Shown: positions 12,950 through 26,937, numbered from the stretch's first letter. The stretch is DNA of 64,000 bases from Sphyrna mokarran (GCA_024679065.1 JAGIQG010000013.1:25916001-25980000); one strand, 5' to 3'. Notes: generated from the sequence alone by a model not told the origin. Program-made: numbers and translations.

Positions 12950-14756
12950 GTATGTAAATATTCTATATTTCTTCAAAACTACATGGCTACTGGAAAGTGC
13001 ATTGCTTACAAATCACTGGCAGTTTGAAAAGTGGAATTGGATGGATCCAAATTAGATGCGTTAACTCATTGCAAAAAGAATAAATCTTTTTCATTCACGG
13101 ACAATGATCTCTTTTTGTATGAAGTTAGGTATCAATTGTTACTTAAGTGAAAATGTAGCATAATTTCTATTTATTTTTCCACTACCTGAATGCTGCATTA
13201 CCAACAAGGCAAGCATTTATGGCAATTGCCTAATTATTGTCAGTAAGGTGTGGAATTGTTGTCGAAAAGGTGTAGCAACCCACTTTCTTGGGTCCCTGGA
13301 GTCATTGTGATGAAGATGTTTCCACAGTGCCATCAGGGAGTAAGTTCCAGGAGTTTGAAACAATTAAGGAATGGTGAAATACTCCCAAATCAGGATGGAG
13401 TGTGACTTCGAGGGGAATATGGATGTGTCACCATGGGCCTGCTGCTCTTATCTTTCCAGGCAGTGGAGCTGGTGGGTTAGGGATTGCTGTTTGAGTTGCT
13501 TTGTCCAGTTGCAGCAGTGCCTCTGGTATATGACCCTCTATGCAGCCAGAGTGCAGCAGTGATGAAGCAAATGAATGTTTAAAGTGGTGGATGATGTACT
13601 GAAAAACGGTTTGCACGTTTTAAGCACCAAAAACTGCTACATTCAGGGTGTGGTTTATATACAAGCAATTGATAATTGTGCATTTTCCCAAGAGTAAGGC
13701 AGTCTATATGCAATGAAAGAAGTTGTCATTATTTATAATGTTATTTTATTTACTTCTAATGATTGCGTACAAATATACTATCCTGGTGAAAAACCTCGTT
13801 CACTGGGATCATATATTAGGTAATCAGTGGCCAGTCCCATGATTTTCTGTTTTTAGTTGAAGAATATTAATTCCTTTAAGCCACAGATGGAGCAGTTGAT
13901 TGGTGTTGTAAAAGTGAGTTTAACAAGTATTTTCTAAAGTCAGTATAGTGATGCATTAATGAGCTGCACAATTGGAAGATTGATTAAAGCAGAGAACTGC
14001 AAATTAAGGCAAGAAATGAGTGCGAGAAAAGCTGATGGGGAATATTTAGAACATTAGATTTCACCAGTGCCCCTTCACAACTAGCACAGGGTTGGAATCC
14101 AGCCCAGACCAGTAAATGAATGTTCCTTCTCTCTGCATTGGCCCTAACTGAAATTGGTTTGGGGATCCAGTTCAATTACTGGTGGATCTTTTACATAGCA
14201 CTGATCTATTTCCAACTTGGCGCCAATTAAATTTAATTTAGGGATGGAAACCATACTGATATCTGCATTACTTCATAATGTCATTGAATAGATCACTTGT
14301 TCTATTCTGTAGCATCAACATCTCTCAACTTAGCGCAACAAGCCTTCTTAAATAAGAATGATATTAATCGTGTTTGTATATTTTTCCTATGTTTACATCC
14401 AGTGAGAGCACTCATCTTGAACGTAAATTTGCAACAATTACAAGTAGGTTGTTTCTGGAAGGATTGTCTTCCTTTCCTGAATAAGGAGTGGTCAGAAAAT
14501 GGAAATTGCTCAGAAAGGGAATGGTTAATGAAGAAAGCTTCGGTGTATTCCAAGGAAAACTAGATAAACACATGAGGGAGAAAGGGATTGGAAGTTGATG
14601 ATAGGATAACATGGGAGGAGACTTGTGTGGAGCATAAACATGGGAACACATAGACAATTGTTTGGGCTGAATGATATGTTTGTGTGCTGTAATTTCCATG
14701 TGAGGAATATGTTAGGTTCTGCACTAATGGTGAGGTGTTCAACTCCTGTTTTCTAG

Positions 14757-14869
14757 GCATCGTAAGTGAGAAGGGAGTGAGACAGGAAATTGCTCCTGTT
14801 CTACAGTACCGCATACTGCAGCTTTCCCTGGAGTTACCTGCCAATAAGTTTGCATGGTTCAGAGTTCAG
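14757..14869 (+). CDS. URB1: URB1 exon 6
   Basis: ttctag|GC ATC GTA...GTT CAG|gtattt; IVSEKGVRQEIAPVLQYRILQLSLELPANKFAWFRVQ. Confidence 0.92.
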
Positions 14870-15014
14870 GTATTTCTTTTGTGTTTGTTTAGACTGGAAT
14901 GGCACTTTAGGTATAAAGTTGCAATATCTTCTTCTCATTTGACTCAAAATCAAATTAATTCAGTGTTAATTGCCGAATGACTTCAACTCTGGCTTGCACT
15001 GCTACCTTCGCCCA

Positions 15015-15200
15015 TAACTCAGAAAGTTGGGAGTTTGAAGTCCAACTCCATAGACTTGAGCACTAAATTTAGACTAATACATCAACGCAGTACCGAGGAA
15101 GTGCTGCATTGTCAGAGGTTGTCTCTCCGATGAGATGTTAAGCCAAGTCTGTCCTTACGGGAGAATGTAATGGATCCTAAGACAGCATTTCAAAAAAATC
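15015..15200 (+). mobile_element. Deu-domain SINE fragment
   Basis: actccatagacttgagcac...gcagtaccgaggaagtgctgcattgtcagaggt...gatgagatgttaa matches the Deu-domain core as recalled. Further pieces at about 18985-19187, 29420-29935, 47205-47340 (-) and 57910-58080. Confidence 0.7.
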
Positions 15201-15831
15201 TGAGCGTTTCTGCCTCTTTCCATCCTTTCCACTTGATTTCCAGATCTCCACACTTTTTCCATGGAACAAAATTCCTCCTCAAGCCCCCTCTTGAATCCTG
15301 CCCGTCACTTTAAACGCTATGGGAAATAGGTTCTTCCCATTCACACCATGCAGGCCCTCACCATTTTATACATCTGAGTTAATTCTTCCTTCAGCCTTTT
15401 CTGCTGCAAGAAAATAAAGTAGTGTACCCAATCTTCATAGCTAAAATTCTCCATTCCTGGCAGCTTTCCCATAAATTTCCCATGTGGTGGCCAGAACTTT
15501 ACTCTAGCTGTGCAAAGAAATACAAGTCTTTTGTTTCTTTATGTGGAAACTATTTCTATGACACTTTTTCAACAAGTGAGAATCTAGTTCTCTTTTGAGG
15601 GAAGAAAGTATGGGTATGTCACGATAAGTGGGTTTTACAAACGTGAACTTTGAAATAGGGCTTTCAGGGCATTCTGGTAGTAATCTTGAAAAATGTAATA
15701 TGTTTAGAAACTGCATAGGTCCATACTCTACCTGATCATAATGCTGGATGTATTTGTATAGATATTCATAGTTCTGATGAGATGTTAAGAGACTGTGCAA
15801 CAATTGATTTCTAGTTCTTATTTGTATGTAG

Positions 15832-15951
15832 GATATAATAGATATGGAAAAGAGCAGTGGAGAACAGTCAGTGTTTTATTTGTTGATAAAAATGTATGTG
15901 ACCAGCAAGAACTCTCAACTACAAACATCAACCAAGCATCTCATTATAAAG
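15832..15951 (+). CDS. URB1: URB1 exon 7
   Basis: atgtag|GAT ATA...ATA AAG|gtgagt; DIIDMEKSSGEQSVFYLLIKMYVTSKNSQLQTSTKHLIIK. Confidence 0.9.
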
Positions 15952-16119
15952 GTGAGTTGAGATTTTAATTGTCATTTAGTTTCTATAATCTAATATATGC
16001 ATTCTGTTAGCTTTCAAATAACATTTGTGAATTTGGCTGGAATGTATCAAGAAAATATTCTTGCTATTATTGTATCACCTGAGGTATGTTAAATCTAATT
16101 AAATGTAATTAATGTACAT

Positions 16120-16485
16120 TTTTTTCTTTATTCATTCATGGGACATGGGCATCTCTGGCTGGCCAGCATTTATTGCCCATCCCTAGTTGCCCTTGAACTG
16201 AGTAGCTTGCTAGGCCATTTCTGAGGGCAGTTGAGAGTCAACCACATTGTGGCTCTGGAGTTACATATAGGCCAGACCGGGGAAGGACAGCAGATTTCCT
16301 TCCCTAAAGGAAATTGGTGAACCAAATGGGTTTTCCTGGCAATCAACAATGGTTTTATGGTTCATCTATAGACTCTTAATTTCATCTGCTGCGGCGGGAT
16401 TCGAACCTGGAACCTGGATCCCCAGAACATTAACTAAGTTTCTGGATTAATAGTCTAGCGATAATACACTAGACCATCACCTCCC
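16120..16485 (-). mobile_element. Second tRNA-derived SINE family (another copy at about 5815-6125, +)
   Basis: B-box ggttcgaatcccgcc on -; shared body aaaacccatctggttcactaat...agggaaggaaatctgc; tail related to LINE 3' ends at 13185-13625 and 18740-18930. Confidence 0.75.
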
Positions 16486-17823
16486 CCTTAATATAAACTA
16501 TGCTTTAATGAGCAACATGAAAAACATACAGTTTGCCTTTTTGCACATTTTCAAGTAACCTAAGCCAATAAAGTGGACATTCAGGTTCACAATTAGCTTC
16601 TGATTTGGAATTATTCCTGAAGTAAAGCATCCTTTCCTCACATATATACCAAAATAGAAAAATTGTTGGTCTCTAATCTGGCTTCATAAGATACCCTTAA
16701 GATTTCTGATCTGGCACCCTAACAATACTATGAACATTACTGTTTTGAATAAAAAATCAGTCTTAAGCCATGGATTTGTACACTCGTCATACAAATGACG
16801 TTCAGAATTATAATTTATCTGTTCTGTAATACTGGATTAAGTGATCATGCAAGCTACAAACCAGTGAGATGAAACTGCATATTCTTGGCATCCTGTCCAA
16901 AGATGACTTGTTGGGAGAGTAGAAGAGAACAAAAATCTGGAATGAAGTCTCTCTAATTGTAGCATGCAATATTTCTTTAAAATATGTGACGAATATGTGC
17001 AGGTTGTTCAGTGAATATATTCTGATGTGACACGACAAATTCAAACCAACAAGTGACCCAGTAAAGAAAAGCAAGTGATTAGACTGGTTGTTATGGGTAA
17101 TCGTAGTCACCATCAGGAGGACCCACCAACAATCTTGACAGTTGTCCTGTGACAGTTTAACACTGAGGACAGTGTTAATTACTTCAAGGCCACACTTCCA
17201 CTCCTTTCTCAGGGATAATTCTCACCTTAAGAGAGCTGCCAGCCAACAGCGCCACCAGGAAGGGTGGTCACAGCTGGTACTACAGGTTGTCCTCAATGCT
17301 GAACAGGGTCGGGGATCTCAGTGAGAGGCCGATTTCAGGAGGGCAGGAGAGGTAGGGACAAAGGAGAAGTTGAGCTTGGTCAGGAAAGAGTGATTCTGAT
17401 GTGTCCAGGTGGGACCATGCTATTACGCCCTGCACAGACCACCCTAGTGCCAGGCTTGCTGCATGCCATGGGCCTGTCTCCACCATGGATAAAATATCAG
17501 CAGTGGTAATATGAGGCCTTTAAATAGCGGGGCTGGCCAATGTCTCTCTCACTGTCCTTCCCATAGGAAGGCCAACTACTGAATTTTATAGGTCTTCTCC
17601 ATCAAACCCACTGGTGAGGGAACTTTAAAATCCAGCTCATTGTTCTTTGAGATAGACAGTCTGAGACACTCTGTTGAGATAGTTTATAATGATTTATATT
17701 AAACTGAATCACTTGTATGCCCGTTAAATAATGAATAGCAGATTTAGGATTTTAGTTCTCAGTGTCTGAAGACCTACATTTTGGATGCAATACTGTTGAT
17801 TTCCTTTGAAATCAAAGAAATTG

Positions 17824-18128
17824 GGGTAGCATGGTAAGACAGTGGTTAGCACTACTACCTCACAGTGCCAGGGATCTGGGTTCGATTCCCGGCTTGGGTC
17901 ACTGTCTGTGTGGATTTTGCACACTCTCCCCTTGTTTGCGTGGGTTTCTTCCAGGTACTCCAGTTTCCTCCCACAGTCTAAAAGACTCGCTGGTTGGTGC
18001 ATTGACCATGCTAAATTCTCCCTTAGTGTATTCAAGCAGGCGCTGGAGTGTGACAACTAGAGATTTTCACATTAACTTCATTGCAGTATTAATGTAAGCC
18101 CGCTTTTGACACTAATAAATAAACTTTA
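17824..18128 (+). mobile_element. Full-length V-domain (HE1-like) tRNA SINE, tail type A
   Basis: A/B-box head (ggtaagacagtggttagc...ggttcgattcc), V core tgggtttcttccaggtactccagtttcctcccaca, tail ttcattgcagtattaatgtaagc...aataaataaacttt. Confidence 0.85.
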
Positions 18129-18361
18129 AGCTGAAAATTTAAGGCACTAGATTGCATGTGTGCGTATTGCTGGGTTATCCTTTCAGATAAAGTTACAAGC
18201 TTTTGCTTTCGAATCCATTCAGAATCACAATTTAAATAAATTTTATCCAGTGTTTAATAGCTACTACCAAGCATTCCTTGACTTTACCTTATGTTCTCCT
18301 GCGACATTTAATCTCCCTGGGGGTAACCATGAAGTGTTGCATGCTTTTGTTTCCTCCCTAG

Positions 18362-18478
18362 ATTTTAAAAGAAAGTGGAATTTTTGAATACACCTGGAAA
18401 GAACTAGAGATGTGGATGAAAGGTCTTTGGTCTGTTTCTGAATCAGAACAAGAGAGTGTCATTTTATTTCTTGAAAGA
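18362..18478 (+). CDS. URB1: URB1 exon 8
   Basis: ccctag|ATT TTA...GAA AGA|gtaagt; ILKESGIFEYTWKELEMWMKGLWSVSESEQESVILFLER. Confidence 0.92.
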
Positions 18479-19187
18479 GTAAGTACAGATTATACTGATA
18501 GGTCTTCTATAAAGTAGATAATAACAACTTGGAAATGCAACGATTAATACTTTCTGTTTAAGTGCTCAGCACTCAGTCCAATTTCACAATCAGTTAGGGT
18601 GGGAGATGAGTTTGCTGGCAGGTCTGAGATGATTTTATTTAAACCTCATGATTCTTTAACATTTGTCTTGGTTGGAGCGGTTGTTCTGGAGATTAAGTGC
18701 CAGACGCTGCTTTTCTGTTTAATTCATTCTTTGATCATAGGCATTGTTGACCAGACCAAGATTTATTGTCCATGCCTAATTGCCCTCAGCAACACAGTGG
18801 TGAGTCATCTTCTTAAACCACTGCAGTATGTGTGGTGTAGGTACACGTGCAATGTTTTTAGAGAGGTAGTTCCAGAATTTTGAGTCAGCAACAGAAATAT
18901 ATTTTCCAATATGGAACCTTGGTTTCCAAATTGGAATAAACCAAAGCCCCATTTCCATCTCCAGTTTGATATACATGATTCCATGACACTATTTACAGAA
19001 TAGCTGAGGAATTCGCTCAATGTCATGGCCAACATATATCCCTCAAGAAATACCACCAGAAACAGGATCTCAATCCTAGTTGGCTGAATCTTGCTGAGCG
19101 TTAATTGGTTGCAATGCGTACCTACATCACAGCAATAATGGCACTCATATTTGACTCTGAAAACACTTTCCAATAATCTGAAATCAT

Positions 19188-20191
19188 GGGGGTGATTCTC
19201 CAATCTCACTATGCTAATTTGCTCGTGCAGTGGGCCAGAAGATTCTCACTTCGGCCAATTGGCAAGGTTTGCGCATTTGTTCCTGCCGCAATAGCGCCTC
19301 TCTGCGCCAGATTTTAACAGTGTCACATCCGCACTTGAAATCGGCAGGGAGGTGCAAAGACCATTTAAGTGGTCGTTTTAATATTTAAATGTGATTAGCA
19401 AGCCCGGTATTGAAGTCTCTGGGCCTGCCAACATTCCTCCCTAAGAGTGGTTCACTCCAACGGGGATTACAGTAGTTCCCCACTAATGGGGAAATGGTAT
19501 CCCAATCCTGCTGGAGTAAAGGAGAAGGACAATCAGTGTCCCCTGCAATGGGTCGTGTGGCAGGATAGGTGCCCCTTGGGCATTGGCACTTTGACAGTGT
19601 CAACCTGGGCCCCCAGGCACTGCCAGAAGTTAAAGTGCCAATCAGTAGGCATGGCAGTGGGGGGAGGGGGGGTCCCATTGCCACTCTGCAGACAGGATCA
19701 GTGGGGGACAGAGGGAGGCTAGCAATCAGGGCGAATGGTGGGGGCGGGGCGGGGGAGAGAGGTGATTTGGTTGCAGGGAGGTGGTCAGCCTGCTATGGGC
19801 GCCGGGACTGTGGAGAGGGTGAAATCTGGAGTGAGGGGGAGGGTGCTAGGACGAGGAGGTTTGGGGCTGCCCCAGAAACAGCCAAGGGGCAGCGATCAGG
19901 CTGTAGGTGGGGGGATGGAGGGCAGCATTGCGGGGATGATAGCCGGTAATCAGGAGGCTGGCAGTGAGGAGCTACTGCCCAATCTCGGAACTGATGGTTC
20001 GGCGCATTTGCAGTGGCTTGCCTCAGTGCTACGCTGCTGGCCTCCCTGGTGATATTTAATGACATCCAAATTGATGCATTGAACAGAGTGTAGGAGATTC
20101 TTCTCTGAACTCCCACTGAAAAAAGCAGCGTGAGTTACTCCAGTTTTCATATGAATTTGACACTTAGAATTTGTTTGGGAGAATTGGGCCC
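19188..20191 (-). mobile_element. ~1-kb PIF/Harbinger-type MITE (family H1)
   Basis: TIR gggggtgattctcc / ggagaattgggccc; the subterminal sequence is shared with 30294-31141 and 58471-59477. Confidence 0.75.
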
Positions 20192-21593
20192 AAGAATGGT
20201 AGTAAATAAACATAAGCAATTTATTACAGGGTTGAGAAATTTCCACTATTTGGCGCAAGTCCAACATTGGGGTCTCAGAAATCCGCTGTTTTAGATATAT
20301 GTTCCGACTTCCATAGCTTATCCAGCGGGCTTAAACCAAATTGTGACTCTGCTGTCTTGTGGCCAGATTGGGAACTGACTGCAATGTTGTGACTGGAGGA
20401 GCAACAGGCGTGGAGAGACAGAACTACTCCTCCAATCACACATTCTGTCTCTCTCAAACTCACTGCTTCAACTCCTCCAATCACAGATTTCCTCCTCCTG
20501 GTCTAGGCACTCTTCCAGTGATCAGAATCTATGATGGAGGAAAAGCAAGAACAGGAGGATGGGGACATGTGATTAGAGGCCAATGAACAGTTAGTCCGAC
20601 TGGTCCTACTTCCACCAGGCAGAATATTTTCCATTGCACTGTCACCAGTCACTTTTCAACCAGCCTCTGAACAATGGGTTTGACCCATTCAGCATCTCAT
20701 GGGAGGCCCAGGAGAAGTAGAGAAAGAAAATTTAGGAGGGAGAGTGAGAAAGCCTGGAAAATCTCTTGCAGTATCAAGTATAGGCCTGGGGGAGTCGCGT
20801 GTTAATCTGGACCCGGCTGCTGTCTGCAGAGATGGGACCTGGGCTCTTTGGCTAACCTTTCACCTTCTTGCAGTGATAGAGCCTGAGTAGTTTGCAGGAT
20901 GTTGTTTTGATGGCAAGTGAAAAATGGAGAAAATTTGTACAAGTGCCATTTCGTTGGGATGGTTGGAGGATCCCAGTCTGGGACCCAAAAAGGAGTCAAT
21001 GGGTTACTGGATAGTTCTCTGGATCCCTGTAAAAGAGCTGTCTACCAGGAAACCCCTCCAGTTAGAGTGAAAGCCCTAACAATAGACTGTTTCTGACTGT
21101 AAGGGATCTACATTAGCATTTACCAACCTTTTTCTCCTCCCATACCTATGGAAACTTTTACAAACAGTTTTTATTCTCCCGATGAGAGGCATGAATGACT
21201 TGTTCCTACTGTTTGGATCCATGCTGTGGTAGTGTTGTATGGTTGTACAGTCTTTTCATTCTTTTCTATGGCAGCAAACACTAAGTCAAAAGCCTGTTTT
21301 CTCTCTTCACTAGTTTACTGAAAAGTGCCCACACTGAAAGATCAGAAACCTGACAGAGTGGATATCTCCCCTCTTCATGGCACTGGCCACTGGTGCCATA
21401 TTGTCATTTGACTCCTTTGCTTGATATCATAAGAAATTGTAGCATTTAACTGGACCCAACAATTGAAACAATTAGTATAATGTTGCTAAGTGAAACTAGA
21501 TTTTCAGTTTCTCTTGAGATGGCAAAGTTTCACAAATATTTGTTTCTTATTCCCATATGTGTTATTTTAATTTATGCTTTGTGTTCTTCTTAG

Positions 21594-21732
21594 GTTTTGA
21601 TGCAGTTAATGTCAAATCCATATCCTTACACGGACAGGATTTCAGATGTAATACGAGAAGCTGGCATGCTGCAAGCAAACCTTGGTGGACAGGACTCGGA
21701 TGTTGTCAGTTTGCCTATCTCACATATTGATG
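21594..21732 (+). CDS. URB1: URB1 exon 9
   Basis: tcttag|GTT TTG...GAT G|gtgagt; VLMQLMSNPYPYTDRISDVIREAGMLQANLGGQDSDVVSLPISHID. Confidence 0.92.
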
Positions 21733-21984
21733 GTGAGTAGGGAAGAAATTAAAGTATTGATGCTCTTACAGTAACTGTACAAAATACAAGCAGCAAATCC
21801 AAACCCTTCTGAAAGTAAATGATAATTCAGTCAGTTGAATATTTCAACCAATAACACTGGTTTTGGTCAAACGAAATGCATAGCTGAGGCAGACCCTGGA
21901 CTGGGGTTTGCCACTTCAATATTTACAATACACTCCAGAACCACATATTAGAAAATTGTTCATACCCTAATCTTCTAACCATTA

Positions 21985-22290
21985 TCATAGAATCACAGAA
22001 ACGCAACAGTGCAGAAGGAGGCTATTCAGCCCATGGAGACTGCAGCGTCAATAATCCCACCTTGTGCCTTATCCCCACAACTCAACACATTTACCCGTTA
22101 ATCCCCCTAACTACACACCCCAGGACTCTAAAGGGGCAATTTAGCATGACCAATCACCTTAATCTTTGGATTGTGGGAGGAGACTAGAGAACTCGGAGGA
22201 AACCCACGCAAACACAGAGAGAATGTGCAAACTGCACACAGACTGCGACCCAAGCCAAGAATCGAATCCATGTCCCTGGACTGTGGTACG
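21985..22290 (-). mobile_element. V-SINE, tail B (CR1-type)
   Basis: catagaatc...cagtgcagaaggaggc tail plus V core. Confidence 0.8.
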
Positions 22291-22557
22291 CCCATTACTT
22301 TTAATGTTTTGCAAATGGCATACAGTGGGATGCTGAATCTTTCCATGTACGTTTCTAGCATTTGCTGACCTACTGAAGCAAACAGTGCTGTTTTTAATTA
22401 GCTGTTTATTTAAATAAAGGCTGTTGTTAGCTCTGGTGAGTGAAACGCTTTCTCTTGAGAATTCCTGAAGACAAATCTTGCACAGTTAGAACTCCTTTTA
22501 TTCTGACCCCAACCATGTACATCATCCCTGACTTCAAAGAAGAGTGCCTTCTTGTAC

Positions 22558-24205
22558 AGAACAAAGAAAATTACAGTATAGGAACAGGCCCTTTGGCTCT
22601 CCAAGCCTGCACCAACCATGCTGCCTGGCTTAACTAAAATCCCCGACCCTTCCGGGGACCATATCCCTCTATTCCATCCTATTCATGTATTTGTCAAGAT
22701 GCCCCTTATAAGCCACTATCCTATCTTCTTCCACGACCTCCCCCGGCAGCGAGTTCCAGTCAGTCACCACCCTCTGCGTAAAAAAAAATCTACCTCGTAC
22801 ATTTTCTTTAAACTCTGCCCCTCAAACCTTAAACCTATGTCCCCTACTAATTGACTCTTCCACCCTGGGAAAAAACTTCTGACTATCCACTCTGTCCCTG
22901 CCTGTCATAATCTTGTAGACTTCTATCAGGTCGTTCCTCAACCTCTGTCATTCCAGTGAGAACAAACCGAGTTTCTCCAATCTCTCTTCATAGCTAATGT
23001 CCTCCATGCCAGGCAACATCGTGGTAAATCTTTTCTGTACCTTCTCCAAAACCTCCACATCTTTCTGGTAGTGTGGCGACCAGAATTGATTACTATATTC
23101 CAAGTGCAGCCTATCTAAGGTTCTATAAAGCTGCAACATGACTTGCCAATTTTTAAACTCAGTGCCCTGGCCACTGAATGCAAGCATGCCATATGCCTTC
23201 TTGACACACCTTTTCCACCTGCATTGCTGTTTTCAGTGACATGTACATCCAGATTCCTCTGCCTATCAATACTCTTAAGGGTTCTGCCATTTACTGTATA
23301 TTTCCTGTCTGTATTAAACCTTCCAAAATGCATTATCTCACGTTTGTCTGGATTAAACTCCATCTCTGTCCAAATCTCCAACTGGTTTATATCTTGCTGC
23401 ATTCTTTGATAGTCCTCATCGCTATCCACAAATCCACCAAACTGTGTCATCTGCAAACTTACTAATCAAACTAGTTACATTTACCTCCAAATCATTTATA
23501 TATATTACAAACAGCAAAGGTCCCAGAACTGATCCCTGAGGAACGCCACTTGTCACAGCCCTCCATTCAGAAATGCACCCTTCCACTGCTACCGTGTCTT
23601 TGGCCAAGTAAGAAGTCTCACAACACCAGGTTAAAGTCCAACAGGTTTATTTGGTAGTAAACACCTCTAGCTTTTGGGGTTTGCCCCTTCATCAGGGAAA
23701 AGAGCAAACCCCAAAAGCTAGTGGCGTTTACTACCAAATAAACCTGTTGGACTTTAACGTGGTGTTGTGAGACTTCTTACTGTGTTTATTCCAGTCCAAC
23801 GCCAGCATCTCCACACCATGACCTCTTTGACTGAGGCAGTTTTGTGTCCAGCTTGCCAGGTCACCTCTGATCCCATGTGACTCCATCTTCTGTAACAATC
23901 TGCCGTAAGAGACCTTGCCTGTCCCTTTATTGAAAACCATGTAGACAACATCCACTGCCGTATCCTCATCAATCATCATCACTTCCTCGAAAAACTCGAT
24001 CAAGTTAGTGAGACACGACCTCCCCTTCACAAAATCATGTTGCCTTTCACTAATATGTCCACTTAATTCCAAGCGGGAATAAATCCTGTCTCGAAGAATC
24101 CTCTCCAATAATTTCCCTACCACTGATGTAAGGCTCACTGGCCTGTAGTTACCTGGATTGTTCTTGCTACCATTATTAAACAAAAGAACAACATTGGCTA
24201 TTCTC
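22558..24205 (-). mobile_element. CR1 LINE 3' portion, degraded, split by a Penelope insertion
   Basis: Frameshifted ORF pieces [43 protein letters not shown]; aagaacaaagaa tail. Confidence 0.9.
23607..23819. mobile_element. Inverted-repeat Penelope pLTR pair inserted in a CR1 fragment
   Basis: 23607-23690 is the reverse complement of 23697-23781; it shares aaataaacctgttggactttaacctggtgttg with the 3' end of the 9371-10097 element; ctgatga core on - at 23689-23695. Confidence 0.8.
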
Positions 24206-24727
24206 TACCTATATAAATGTGACAATTTTCTGCTTTCCACAGCAGTTTTCTGAGTAGCGTTGCTCAGAGGAATAATGTGCTGTGGATTCGCATATACTCG
24301 TGACTGAAATAAGACTATCCATACCACTTCTATAGAGGATGTTTTGCCCAGCAGAATGGAGAGACTTTCATTCTGTCATCTATGCTGAATTTGAACTTAG
24401 ATTCTGAAGATGAAAACACCAATGTATAATCAAATCCTCTGCCAACTGAAATGGTACAACTCTTATGTGAAGTATCCTATATTTGTTCCCTATATGAAAT
24501 TAGTGTGTAAACTTCAACATAAGCTGTTCCTATAACTCAGCAGTGTCCTATTAACTTGAATATATAATGAGGAATAAATTGTGCTCGAATAAATATCCCT
24601 GTAAAATGAACTTTGTCCACCAAGTTCTTGGAACTACCATGAACTGCACAAAGTTAAATGGAAGGTTATTAAGCCAATTATATTCATTTCATATGCAATG
24701 ATTCTCTGACCATTGCCTCTCCTTCAG

Positions 24728-24898
24728 ATGTTCTGGATATGGTAGACGTTATGATGGAGACCAGTGAAGGTTTGGATGATGAGATTGGGTTTACGCTGAA
24801 CGAAGATATGATTGTACAGACTTTTCCTTTCAGTCCTGTGGTCGCAGCCGCTCTGGAAGTCAAGAATAAAATGATTTCAGGAAACTGTAGTGGAACAG
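24728..24898 (+). CDS. URB1: URB1 exon 10
   Basis: cttcag|AT GTT CTG...ACA G|gtgaac; VLDMVDVMMETSEGLDDEIGFTLNEDMIVQTFPFSPVVAAALEVKNK. Confidence 0.92.
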
Positions 24899-25663
24899 GT
24901 GAACCGCTTGCTGAATGACCTTTTGAACAGAGCTTCACTGTGAATGGTAGAGCTCTCTAACCCTCTGATTTTAATCTTGATACCTTTGTTGAAATTTTGC
25001 ATTTTTCACTGACACGAACACAAATGAGGTATTTTCATTGGAATCCTAGTGCACATGCTCAATTTTGTTCATATAATATTATAGATAACATCAAACTAAT
25101 CCATGAAAGTGTATTTGATTTGATTTGTTATTGTCACATGTACTGGTATATATTGAAAAGTAGTGTTTCTTGTGCGCTATACAGGCAAAGCATATCGTTC
25201 TTAGAGAAGGAAAGGAGAGGGTGTGGAATGTAGTGTTACAGTCTTAGCCATGGTTTTGAGAAAGATCAACTTAATGCAAGGTAGGTCCATTCAAAAATCT
25301 GATGGTAGGAGGGAAGAAACCGTATGGAAGTGAACAGTTGTAGGAAGTGACAGGTGGAGTGATTTTGTTTTCTCTTCCCTCCCCATCTTATTCAAAATAG
25401 TTCCGTAGGATCATTGTTGACAAGTCCCCAATCATGCCATCTCTCATGACTCAGAATTCAGCATTATCCTTCTTTGTTCACTTCTATTGCTAGACTAGCT
25501 CAGAATTTTCATACAACTGTTGAAGTGCGTTATAGCATGTTATTTGGTTTTATCACTAACGATAGCAGCCAAGAAATATTTTTCAAAAACCAGTACATTT
25601 GAATGAGTTTTAATGGGTGAGGATTTTACTTTAGAGGTAATGTAATTTGCATCTTAAACCTGT

Positions 25664-26692
25664 CCCTCAGCTCAATTGAATGGAACTATCAGCTCCTCCC
25701 TCTGCGACTGGAGACCACAATCAGGAAGGATATGCAATAACACTCCTCCGTGATCATCCTCAGCACTGTTGCCCCACAAAGCCATGTTCTTAGCCCCTTT
25801 CTGTACTCCTTATACACCTAATGATTATATCCCCATCAATTCAATTTTCAAGTTTACTGATGACACTGTTGGAGTGGGTTGGATCTTAAATAACAATAAA
25901 ATGGAATACAGGAAAGAACTAGAGCATCTGGTGAATTGGTGCAATGACAATAATCTCTCCCTCAGTGAAAACAAAACAAAGAAGATAGTCATCGCGTAGT
26001 AGAAGACATGCCCCTGTCTTCATTAATGGGGATAAAGTAGAAACGGTCAAAAGCCTCGAGTTTATAGGTGTCTAGATCACCAACAACCTGTCTTGGTCCT
26101 CCCATGCCAACTCTATAGTTAAGAAAGGTCACCAACACCTCTACTTTCTCAGAAGACTAAAGAAATTTGACATTTCCACTTTGACTCTCACCAACTTCTG
26201 GGATACATCATACAAAGCATTCTTTCTGGTTGTATCACAGTTTGGTATGGCTTCTGCTCTATCCAAGACTGCAAGAAACTACAAATGGTCATGAACAAAT
26301 CCCAGTCCTTCCCTCAAACCAGTGACCCATCCATTGACACTATCTGCACTTCACGCTGTCTCAGTAAAGCAGCCAGCATAATTAAGGACCTCACGCATAC
26401 TGGAGAAACTATCTTCTACCTTCTTCCTTCGAGAAAAGAATACAAAAATCTGAGGTCACGTACTAACCAGCTCAGGAACAGCTTCTTCCCTATTGCCATC
26501 AGACTTTTGAATAGACCTACCTCACATTAAATTGATCTTTCTCTACACCCTAGCTATGACTGTAACACCACGATCAGCACTGTCTCCTTTCTTTCTCTAT
26601 GAGTAGTATGCTTTGTTTGTGTAACATGCAAGAAACAGTACTTTTCACTGTGTGTTAATACATGTGGCAATAATAAATCAAACTAAATCAAC
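25664..26692 (+). mobile_element. Rex1/Babar-like LINE 3' fragment
   Basis: Degraded APQ...VLSPFLYSLYT, FKFTDDTVGVG, WCNDNNLSL, FFPIAIRLLN; tail aataataaatcaaactaaatcaa. Other pieces at about 25110-25325 (-), 39595-39690 (-) and 47840-48400 (-). Confidence 0.75.
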
Positions 26693-26737
26693 AGGAGTCT
26701 CACTTACTGATCCCCATTTTACTGTGTGCTGTTTCAG

Positions 26738-26937
26738 ATGCTGTTTTGAAGTATCTTTTTGCTGTTATGACTGACATTCTGCATGTTCAACAAGATCCAT
26801 TGGCTTTGTGTATAGTGTTGCAGATGTATGACAAGGAATTGGATTCCTTGCCTGAAAATCAACCTGTGCACAAAATTAATCTCCAGCTGCATAAATATTA
26901 CAGTCTTTGGATCCCACAGCAAGCCAAGGAAACACTG
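26738..26937 (+). CDS. URB1: URB1 exon 11
   Basis: tttcag|AT GCT GTT...ACA CTG|gtaaga; AVLKYLFAVMTDILHVQQDPLALC...YYSLWIPQQAKETL. Confidence 0.92.

Noticed and set aside
17824-17900. tRNA genes
   Set aside because: The A/B-box sequences are SINE heads followed by V cores and tails, with no cloverleaf.
19385-20267. Cluster of overlapping 90-126-aa ORFs (also 1914-2288, 55810-57645, 58654-59402)
   Set aside because: These lie in GC-rich MITE interiors, are low-complexity Gly/Pro-rich, open on both strands and show no domain motifs.
23607-23781. Long hairpin as a miRNA precursor or CRISPR-like repeat
   Set aside because: It is explained by inverted Penelope pLTR copies, and there is no repeat-spacer array in this eukaryotic DNA.
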